DNA of 64,000 nucleotides from Tubulanus polymorphus (taxonomy: Eukaryota; Animalia; Nemertea): contig NC_134034.1 in the NCBI RefSeq assembly GCF_964204645.1, positions 5,306,914 through 5,370,913 on the forward strand, written 5' to 3'. The position numbers were made by a program, and so were the translations under genes. How positions within the stretch are numbered: position 1 is the stretch's first letter; every line of letters starts with the position of its first letter. The notes below the pieces were generated by a model that saw only the letters and a list, made by a program, of their open reading frames with translations, was not told where the DNA came from and searched no databases. Positions 22,215 to 32,169 of this stretch are shown piece by piece.

Positions 22215-24614
22215 TTTCAATTGCGAGGTAAAACTATTAAGGGAAGATAAATCGCGCATCGACTGTGGCAAAGCATTCCAAAGGCGGGGGGCTACCACCG
22301 CAAAAGCTCGAGAGCCATAAAATTCTTGGCGGTATCTCGGTTCAAATAATTTAGTTGCCACGGTCGAGCGCGTGTGTCTGGAAGGTGTAAGAGTGGTTAA
22401 AACAGACGAAAGATAGGCTGGAGCTTGGTCATGCAAAATTTTAAAAGTTAACAGGAGAATTTTGTATTCAATGCGCGATTGAACAGGGAGCCAATGTAGT
22501 TCATACAGTATAGGAGTGATATGCTCGTGCTTCTTAGTTAGAGTGACTAGGCGTGCGGCAGAATTTTGAAGCATTTGTAGGCGAGAAATATAACAATTCG
22601 GAAGACCGTAGAGAAGACTATTACAGTAATCTAATTTGGAAGTTATAAAGGCGTGAATCAATCTTTCGGTGCTAGTGCGATCTAAAAGTTTGCGTATTTT
22701 ACCAATGCGATGCAGGGAGTAAGAAATCGATCTACAGACGTAAGATATATGACAAGACATGGTAAAATTATGATCGAAATAAAAGCCAAGATCTCTGACT
22801 GACTGACAAGTAGCTATACTGTCATCTCCTATTCTAATACTTGATAGCTTGTCTCCCTTACGAAATTTTGACGTAAAATGTATAACCTCTGTCTTACTAT
22901 CATTAAAAACAAGTCTATTGCACTTCAACCATTCCTTTATTTCGTCAACACACTTCTCAACTCTTGATTTAGAAGCTGCACAACTCTTGCAGACGAAATA
23001 AATCTGGGTATCATCGGCATATAACATTAAGATTAAGTCGAGTTTATGTTTAATAATAATTTCTTCGATTGGTGCAAGATATAAACTGAAAAGTGTAGGG
23101 CCTAGTACACTCCCCTGAGGTACACCACACATGAGTTTAACATTTTGAAATGACGATCCGTCAATCACGACACGCTGATACCTATTTTCTAAATATGACC
23201 TAAACCATTCTAAAGGAACATCTTTCACTCCATACCGATTCTGTAATCTATTCAATAGAATACCGTGATCTATGGTGTCAAAAGCCGCAGTTAGATCTAA
23301 TAAGACGAGCACTACTTCATCGTGATTATCAAGAGCTAAGAAAATATCATTGTGTACTTTTAAAACTGCCGTTTCGGTGCTATGGAACTTCCTATAGGCA
23401 GACTGAAATGTTGAGAAGAGGTTATTATCGGATAAATACTGACTCAAATCATTCAATACATGCCGCTCTATAGCTTTACTGATAAAAGGTAGATTAGAGA
23501 CAGGTCGATAGTTACATAAAACATTTGAATTAAGACCTGGCTTTTTCAACATTGGCCTGAGTGTTGCTATTTTGAAAGTGTCAGGAACTGTGCCCTCAGT
23601 GAGGGACAAGTTAAAAATATCGACTAACTTTGGTAAAACTTCAGGTAAACATTGTTTTAGAAAAGTAGTGGGAATCGGATCAATTGAACATGACTTATTG
23701 GTCATTGAAGTGATAATGTCGTTGAGAGACTTTTCAGTAACCGTACTAAAACTATTGAAGGAATGACCAAGATCTATAAAAGGAAACCGAGGGAGTGGTA
23801 CATCAATAAAAGAATTACATAGTTTGCCAATTTTCACAACAAAAAAATCAGAAAATCGATTAGCCAGTTCTTTGGGATTGCTGTGCTCTGGCGGCGCGGA
23901 AATTACAGACTTCTTATCACTTGTCCATTCATCGACAAGGGTGAATAACTTTCTCTGATCGGTACAGTCTGCTATCCGACCGCGATGATAGGATCTTGAG
24001 GCTTCTTGCAACAAACTATGGTACTCAATCCGATTGGCATGATAAATCTGTTTATCGACCTCTAATTTGGATGAGATCCACTTCCGTTCGTGGCTACGTA
24101 AAACACGCCTAGCAGCCTGGAGATTGGGTCCATACCATGGAGCGCGAGGCTTATCGGTGAAAGTTTTAGTCTTTTCTGGCGCTAGATAGTCCAAAACTGA
24201 CTTCATCTTAGCATCATAGTCATTCGCCAAAGAATTAACAGTCCCGGTCTCGGTATTCTCAAAAGATATGTTGCGAACTGTTTCCAGTAACACGTTCTTA
24301 TCCACCGCTCGGAGGTTCCTGGACACATGTTCGACCGTCAACGGAAACGGTTTAGATAAAAACGAATTAAATACAATAAGACTATGATCTGACGTCAATG
24401 GCGTATCAACGATAAAATTTGATACACATTTATCGGTTTCACGAGTGATCACTAAGTCTAGGGTGTGGCCCTTCTGATGGGTCGGTCCTTGTAAATGTTG
24501 GACGAACCCATAACTGCGTAATAGATCAAGAAACTGTTGGGCATCGCGTCGCACGGTATCGTCAACGTGAAAATTGAAATCACCAACTATTATCAAACGA
24601 CCTGGCGATATCAA
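22185..24614 (-). CDS. L2 ORF2 (C-terminal part of APE endonuclease plus RT)
   Basis: 809-aa open frame with RT motifs. Confidence 0.9.
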   Translation of the reverse strand: MISPGRLIIVGDFNFHVDDTVRRDAQQFLDLLRSYGFVQHLQGPTHQKGHTLDLVITRETDKCVSNFIVDTPLTSDHSLIVFNSFLSKPFPLTVEHVSRNLRAVDKNVLLETVRNISFENTETGTVNSLANDYDAKMKSVLDYLAPEKTKTFTDKPRAPWYGPNLQAARRVLRSHERKWISSKLEVDKQIYHANRIEYHSLLQEASRSYHRGRIADCTDQRKLFTLVDEWTSDKKSVISAPPEHSNPKELANRFSDFFVVKIGKLCNSFIDVPLPRFPFIDLGHSFNSFSTVTEKSLNDIITSMTNKSCSIDPIPTTFLKQCLPEVLPKLVDIFNLSLTEGTVPDTFKIATLRPMLKKPGLNSNVLCNYRPVSNLPFISKAIERHVLNDLSQYLSDNNLFSTFQSAYRKFHSTETAVLKVHNDIFLALDNHDEVVLVLLDLTAAFDTIDHGILLNRLQNRYGVKDVPLEWFRSYLENRYQRVVIDGSSFQNVKLMCGVPQGSVLGPTLFSLYLAPIEEIIIKHKLDLILMLYADDTQIYFVCKSCAASKSRVEKCVDEIKEWLKCNRLVFNDSKTEVIHFTSKFRKGDKLSSIRIGDDSIATCQSVRDLGFYFDHNFTMSCHISYVCRSISYSLHRIGKIRKLLDRTSTERLIHAFITSKLDYCNSLLYGLPNCYISRLQMLQNSAARLVTLTKKHEHITPILYELHWLPVQSRIEYKILLLTFKILHDQAPAYLSSVLTTLTPSRHTRSTVATKLFEPRYRQEFYGSRAFAVVAPRLWNALPQSMRDLSSLNSFTSQLKTHLFNQHYK

Positions 24615-25077
24615 AAAAGTCTCAAGGAACGTTGAAAATGGCGAGGGTAATCACACATATATCAAAATCGCATCGCGACCGCGTTAGAAGGAACGGTAGC
24701 ACTTATGTCGGCTTGATTCGTTCGTATGAGCCGGAGGGAGTGCTTCGGACGGTTTTCCCGAGCCTCCCTACCGCTAGTTTCGTGTCGGACGTCGGACTGG
24801 ATGAGACTAGAGAATCGTCAGTGTCGGAACTCCCGAAGAAGTTCCCATTTTTTTCGCTGCCGCCGCCGCCACCTCCGCCGCCGTATTCACCACCTCCGCC
24901 GCCTAGTTCGCCGCCTCCGCCCATCGAAACACCTACGTTGTTCGATTGTCTGAACATTCCGCTACCAGGACAAGCTGCGCTGTGCAGCTTTGATGTGTCG
25001 ACTGAGATCATTCTCGACGGTTGAGTTTGATGGCTGAGGTTGCCCTACTTGGAAAACCAATATTTCTATGATTTCAG

Positions 25078-25635
25078 GTTATCCAGAGTGGAGAAGGGGA
25101 ATTAGTTGTATGCCGACGACCGACCGATAAAAGTTATGTTGCTGCCGATTTCTGTCCACGTGAATTTTGGGCTTTAAAGACTCGTTGCACCAGCATGTAA
25201 ATACGTGTGTGTTTAAACCGGAAAACGTTAAAAAACACTAATTCTATACGAAATGGAATGGCATTGTCGATGCCTTCAGTGAAAGCAACTTCAGAAGAAA
25301 GTGTATTGACTGAATTTTTTGAAGCCATGAAAGAAACCACAGCTTATCCAGGGATAAAAGAAATTTGTCGCAATGATCAGTTAATTCGAGGTTTTGTGCT
25401 GTCTCTTATTGAGAGAATGGGACCTATAGTAGAACAGAGAATCAAAGACATGGACAATGCGCGTACGAAGATTAGGTCTCTCGGTAGACTCTTTGGTCAT
25501 CTGAATGCTAAAAATGGAACGCATACATTATCTGAATATCTTACTGGTGGAAATTTTAATGTATTGGTGGATGGTGTAAAAGATTTGAGTATGGAAGCAG
25601 ATTCTCCCCAATTAGCGATAACTCTTGGCCATTAC
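25078..25635 (+). pseudogene. Downstream exon of the Crypton-like gene
   Basis: Acceptor TTTCAG at 25077, then VIQSGEGELVVCRRP..DFCP..LHQHVNTC..RNDQLIRGF..KIRSLGRL..PQLAITLGH; cut off by a LINE. Confidence 0.65.
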
Positions 25636-25639
25636 AATA

Positions 25640-28200
25640 ATTTTATGAGTGGAAAACAAAAAATGAAAAGCTGTTATTTGTAATGTATTATTTAGTAATT
25701 TAGGGGGATACATCATGGAGGTTCAAAGGCTGCGTTCAGAAACTTACATAATTTGTTGAAAAGGGTTATCAGTTTATAATGACTAGGTCCTGTTAAACAG
25801 AATTGTGGTAAGAGACATTCAAATAAAGAGTGATATTCATTTCCAATTACATTTTGGTTGCATTTTAAACAATATCTCTGGTTTTGAGGTGTATTACTTT
25901 ATCTACCGGTAGTTCAATCGGTAGTTTGTGATTACTACATCTAAACCGGCACAATGTGCGTCGCAATGAAATAAGGAGGTCATGCAAATATGGTTCGAAC
26001 TTTAGTTCAGTTTTGATCATAAAATACATTAGTCCTTTTGAGCTGTTGCGGCAATCGGCCCTCCATTTTTGAGTAAATTGGTCTTGAAGACGCTGTTTGA
26101 TCAATTCACCAATAAGTTCAGGATTAACTCGCTCGTGATTTACCCAGTAGTTCATAAAACCACACTCTTCTAGGATGCATTTTATATAACTTAACCACTT
26201 GGTTGTTTTTCCATGGAGTAAGTGCATATTAAAAAGCATTTTATACCATTGACCCGATAATGTCGATACATCATTCCATAGAAGCTTTGCCCAGAACTTA
26301 ACCATTTTACTCTTGATGATTATCGCAAGCGGGGTTCTACCCAAATCACCATAGACCATATAATTTGGGGTAGACCGGTTTAGATGTAGTAAATATTTAC
26401 AGAAACGCAGGTGGTATTTCTCTAAAATAGCAGTTGATTCGTAACCCCATATTTCACATGCATACGTAAGGATTGGTTCGACCATAGCATCAAAAAGTTC
26501 TAAACCTATGTCTGTATCTAAAGAGTACTGTTTTTCAAAACAAAAAAATAGAGTTTTATTTGCACTTTCCCCAATTTTCTTTCGACTTTTTGCAAATGTA
26601 CCAGTGTAATTAAATAGTATTCCTAAGTAGAAAAATTCGTCAACAACTTCTACTTCTTGTTGGTGTATAAAAAAGTTGGTTTTAATCTTGATTTTCTTTT
26701 TTGGAATATTAGTATTTTAGTCCTTGCTGGGTTGATTTTCAATTTCCATAGGTCACAATATTCAGACAAAGAATCAAGTGCTAATTGTAGGCCTTCCGAC
26801 GAGTCAGATAAAACAAGGGTATCGTCTGCATACAAAAGCACTAAAAGTCTCAACCAGAAATTTACCTCATCATTATTATCAATACATACACTTTGACAGC
26901 CTTTACCCAATAGAAAGTTTTCAAGGTCGTTTACATATAGACTAAAAAGAAGTGGGGATTATCTCCCTGCTTGAGACCAATATGACTAATGAAAACTCTG
27001 AATTCCTTCCGTTAGTCGAAACACAAAATTTGACGGACTTATACATATTTACTACGATATTGTAAAATTTTTCCTGTGATTCCGTGGTTATCTAATTTTC
27101 TCCATAGTGCCTTTCTCATGATTTTATCAAACGCTTTTTCAAAGTCAATAAATGCACAGTATAATTTGCGAGTTTTACCCAAAAACAAGTCAACAACTGA
27201 TTTCAGTGTAAATATATGGTCAGTAACCCCATGTTTCTTACGGAAGCCGGCTTGTATAAGATTAAACAACTGGTTGCACTCTAGAAATTCAGATAATCGA
27301 CTGTAGACCAGACTAGTAAATAGTTTCCCTAGACAACTCGTTAGTGAAATGCCCCGGTAGTTATCTGGGCAATTAGGATCCCCTTTGTTTTTAAAAAGTG
27401 GAATTATTGTTGATAGTTCCCAGTCGTGTGGGTAAATTCCTGAGTCCAAGATACGATTAAATAAGGTAGTGAGAACAGGTGATAAATTATTTGCAACTGA
27501 TTTAAGCATTTCGTTGATTATCTCATCGGGTCCGGGTGACTTGTTATTTATTAGTTTTTTGATTGCATTTATAACCTCTTCTCCAGTTATATCTCTATTA
27601 AGGGCATCAAAATTCAACGTTGCAAAATCGAAATCGAAATGTCCATCTGGGGTTCAGTATTATCATAGTTGGGTTTTCTATTTAGTGTATGAAAATGGTT
27701 CACCAAGTCGTCAAAATTGGCTTCTTATTGTAGTGCATTCGCCTTTTTGCGGAAAAACTTCCAGAAACTTTTAGGATCAGACTTCTTTAACATTCTAATT
27801 TCGTGATTAGTTCTTGTCGTGCGCGCATTTTGTTCACGATTAACCGATTGTTTATAGTTAGTGTATGCGTTGTTCAGAGTTTGTTTAGTTTGTCCATTTT
27901 TGATACTCTTATACTGCCTTTTGGAGCGTCTATATGCCCGGCGCTTTTCTATGACATTACGTGAATGGTGACGTGAGGCTTCATCACTGTTGGTGCGTTT
28001 ACCTAATAATCTTTCCCCTATTGTATCTAGAGCCGTTCGCTTTAGCGTGTCACAGAGAAGTTTGTTACAAGAGTTAGGTTCCGCCTGGTTTAATAAATCT
28101 TGCTGGATAATATCAAAGTCCGTACTATTATGGATTTTATCCATGTAATCAACTATTTTAGTTTAGTTCCAATTAATCTTCCATGATCTTCCATGATCTT
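25640..28200 (-). mobile_element. Degraded RTEX-like LINE
   Basis: KSPGPDEI, NYRGISL, QAGFRK, FIDFEKAFD, LLYADD, YACEIWG, STPNYMVYGDLGR, RCSNHKLPIE across broken ORFs. Confidence 0.8.
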
Positions 28201-30559
28201 CAGGTTCTTCGTTGGTGTCATTTATTTATTACTGGTACAATCAGAAACATACTTCTTATTTGGTCGGTTTTCGCAGTGAATCGACGCTGAATGAATTATA
28301 CGTATTACAATGTAAATGAAACAAATTCGTGTGACGTCTAATGAAAAAAAAAACCGGTTTAGCTTCAACATTTGTTTCATGTGCAAAATAACTTTGTCGT
28401 AGGTTTCGCGAATCTTATCGACACCGGTCCAAAACTAATTCCCTTTTTCGAGAAGCATTGATATAGGCAGCTGAAATCAAACGGATATTTATGCGATGAC
28501 ATTAGACATGTATCAATAAAGAAAAACAATTTGAAGTGTAAATGCTACTTGCTAGCAACATCCACTTCGCCACATCTGGAGAGAATTGATTTTCTTCCTA
28601 AAAAAATTGACTTTTTGGAATTTCTGGAGTCCAGTATTGTAGACACAATGAAGCCAAAGTGGTCCGGTGTTACTAAATCTCCAAGAATATAAATCGCTAA
28701 AATAAGACCATTGAATGTTTGAGAAAAAAACTGGGTTCTTCAGAACTTATACCGTTTACCTGCCATTAATAATAACACTATACTCGTTAATGCGGGCATT
28801 GGTGCTATGTTAGCACCGACCAACCTTTCCATATTTTCAAGAGCAGCGTTGTCAAAAAAGTCTGACCTCAAATAAATAGATGATCCTACCACAGAGATTA
28901 ATGTGTAAGAACCAGTAGCATCTCCTCCGTTTTGTCCAACACGCTCTGGAAGCACAGACATGGAGCATTCAGGTGGAGCATTCAATTGTGTATAGGTAAT
29001 TGTTTTATTCCCCGATCATCGAATTTTAGACATAATTTCAACTTGAAATTAGATGCCTCTAGACGTATCGGCCCCACTCCGCGCGGTGGCGCCACCCCGC
29101 GGGATTTACGCGAAGCAGCAGAACACAAACACGGCCACTCTCTCAATTTTCAATGATAGAAATCGTGTGTGCATTTCAATTATTTCGGCTGTTAGGGTTT
29201 TAAGGCACAATATAAGTTGATGATGTGATATGGCGATGTTAATTAATGATAATTCCGCAGTGAAGCTTGTCACGAACGGTGCCGATTGAGTGTATAGCTG
29301 CCAAAAACACTGAAATGTGCGTAGTTGCGTAACTATTTGCAGTGAATTGCAGACGAAACATGAAGCCTTAACGGCCGTTTGAAAAAAAGTTATACCAATC
29401 GCAATTGTGAAATAAAAATGAGATAGAACCTAAGTTAAAATTCTGGCCATTTCTTAAATGTTATTAATTATTATTACTAATTTTTAGTCAGTGCGGAACG
29501 TTTAGTTTTCCAACAATAATGAGGGGTGGTAGGTAGTCATGCAATTCAAGTAATCATTTATTGCACGTTACTACCGTGTTGTTGAAAATCTCGCGAGTCC
29601 TGGACCAAACCCCAATGAACAATGTGATCTGTGTGCTGGCCCCAAATGCACACAGATCACACTACACTACCCATTACACACTCCAGTACCCACAGCTTTC
29701 ATATATCCATCCAAATATTTAGTGGCTTTCTTCCTGGATAGAAGTTAAACGCATGTGTCAGTGCAGTTCCATACACTGTAGAATTGAGTTAACCATGTGT
29801 TTACGTTTGTGTGAATACAAGTTGTATTTTAGTTAGCTTGTGCGTATACATTTATGTGCGAAGATTAGTTGTATTCGAGCTTGTAAACCATGAACCTTAT
29901 AAGTTTTATTGTGAGTGATTTATGTATAAAATAAAGCTTCGTATGATATTCAGTACCGTGAGTAAGGCATTACTGTAGTTTCTTTCGTTCATACTGGAGG
30001 GAAGCCCTCTAGAATACAGTCAGATCCGTCGCTATCAGGACAGCATGCGTAGCAAACGAATTCTTTTTCGGGGTGAAGACAAAATTCGGGCTTGGCTTTA
30101 ATATACCTTACACAGCCGTGTACGTCTACCATTTTTACTAAGAAGTGAGAAGTCCGGTAATTCGCCGTATATTAATACGCCAGAACAAGTATGGGGCATC
30201 AGTGACTGCGACAGAGAGTGAAACACACAAAGAATCCCGTGGTGACATTGTTGAGAGTAACATTGAGTGACACTAGACAACTGACTAGGGAGGATGCGGA
30301 CGTTCTATAGTAGAAGTGTGGTATTGAATTATTGATTTGTGTCGATTTACTGTTTTTAGTTAAGCATGCTTATATTAGTCAACTCGTTAATTACTCGTTA
30401 CTTTTTAATTGTCCATTTATTTGACCCATCTTTTTATTCGAAATCTGTTAAAATATGAATTATTTCTCACACTTTACTCACACTTTTTATGTTCAAAATT
30501 TATATTTTCTTTAATACTCGTTAATTACTTGTTACTTTTTGTTCGAAATATATATCATG

Positions 30560-30879
30560 GTGCCCTTTTTAATTCTCACCTTTGTATATAAAATAGAAAT
30601 CCCTGAATATAATTCTTCTAGATCTTCACTTGATTATCTATGAAATCTATCTGGTAAATATGTTCTGAATTTATATTTATTTCCTTTTAATCCTTCATAT
30701 TCTAAGTGGATAACTAATTTATCTCCATATTTGTTAGTAACTGTTTCAATATTTGTAATTAAATATTTCTTATGTAATGTTAATTCATTTAACTTCTTAA
30801 AACTATAATCTACTGATTTAGCATTGGTAGTATCTTTTATTCTATCTAAGAATTCACTGTGTATTTATTTACTCTCCAT
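30560..30879 (-). pseudogene. Small AT-rich Polinton-type accessory gene remnant (possible OB-fold)
   Basis: Manual translation FKKLNELTLHKKYLITNIETVTNKYGDKLVIHLE..FRTYLPDRF with two in-frame stops; family recalled from memory only. Confidence 0.45.
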
Positions 30880-30940
30880 TTTAATAACATATTTTTTTTA
30901 TTAAAATTGATTTCATTTAATATAATATTCATATATATGG

Positions 30941-31085
30941 AGTAATAGGGAATAAGGGGGATCATATCAAAGCTTGAAGGGGCGAGTGAGTAAAAAATAA
31001 AAAATAAATTCAAACATGCGAGAATTTATTTTTTATGAGCTTGACCCTTCGACCTTTGGTATGAACCCCCATATTCCCTATTACT
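30941..31085. repeat. ~145-bp imperfect palindrome
   Basis: Outer arms AGTAATAGGGAATA..GGGGG..CAT / ATG..CCCCC..TATTCCCTATTACT; inner arms AAAAAATAAATTC / GAATTTATTTTTT. Confidence 0.8.
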
Positions 31086-32169
31086 GTTTGATAGGAATAA
31101 CCATGAGAAATTATGACCTCCGCAAAAAGGAAAAAAAATCATGAATCGATATATTTACTGCCGGGACCAATTTTTAAAAATGTACATTTTCGGTGACAGA
31201 GCAAAAGCATATTTTTCTTGTGGGTGAACTAACATTTTGATAGTGACATACACTAGGGGGGCCTGGGGGTCCTTCCCTAGAAAAATAATAGGCCTTTGAA
31301 AAGTATTAATTGCCCTCACCAATTTTGAAAAAACAAATCATAAGGAACATTTATTGTACACATCCGTCGATGTCTAGGAGACGAAGTTCAAGTAATTGCG
31401 GTTCACGTTTGTATTACAACTCCAACATTATGCTTTATAATAACGGATTCATCATGCTGTTATTTTATTTGGTATTTTTTCAATTATTATTTGTTATTTT
31501 AGACGAATTACTGAAGTTAATGGATGGATTGCTCTGGATGTATTTACTCTGTGCGACTTCCCAACTATGAAGATGTACTCAAGTCGTGTTCTATCGACCT
31601 TCAACGTAAATAGCGAGCATGTCCCTAACGATTTGCTTACTAGAATTACTTACTCTTCTAGCTATCAAGGCACTACAGCACGAATTATAATCATACTCAT
31701 ACACGGAATACTCAGGAATAATACCTTCAAAAAATTTTATTTATGAAAGTAGTCTTTGTGACAACTTTCGCAAGGTCATTTTTCCTGTCCCGAAATTTTA
31801 GCTGACTTTTAAGTAAATATTCTTTGCTTGAAATAAACAAATGATATTGAATGCCGATTATTTGCTATTTTCACTTTCTGCAAAATGCGCACTCGGATGG
31901 CGGCCATGATAGCTGCCATGTTTCGCTTAAATAAGACATCCCTACTGCCTGTCACACATGCTCTCCGTGCGACATTTTGATCTGTAATTTCGTTAATATG
32001 GTACCGATTTACCCTATCCATACTTCAATGTCTTCAGTGTACGCTTTGCATACAGAAATACGAATATCATTTTCTTCGTCGCTATATCTATGTTGTTGTG
32101 TATCGACAGATATTTACGAAGCATACGGAGAGCGCCGATTACAAACTCAATGAGTGAATACAAGGAAAA

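Larger units (their letters stand above)
21920..24633 (-). mobile_element. 5'-truncated L2-clade LINE
   Basis: ORF2 at 22185-24614 (GDFNFH, GHTLDL, SDH, GVPQGSVLGP, YADD); (TTA)n tail at 21920-21943; TSD GAAAAT at 21914-21919 and 24634-24639. Confidence 0.9.
21750..25024 (+). pseudogene. Gypsy ORF3: C2HC plus C2H2 zinc fingers and polyproline/PPPY tail (~184 aa), split by an L2 insertion
   Basis: Joining 21750-21919 to 24640-25024 across the GAAAAT TSD gives CLMCGFSNPKMARVITHISKSH (C-x2-C-x12-H-x4-H); splice acceptor TTTTCAG at 21744. Confidence 0.75.

Noticed and set aside
24703-25011. Gly-rich minus-strand ORF
   Set aside because: Antisense shadow of the proline-rich ORF3, whose plus frame completes a zinc finger
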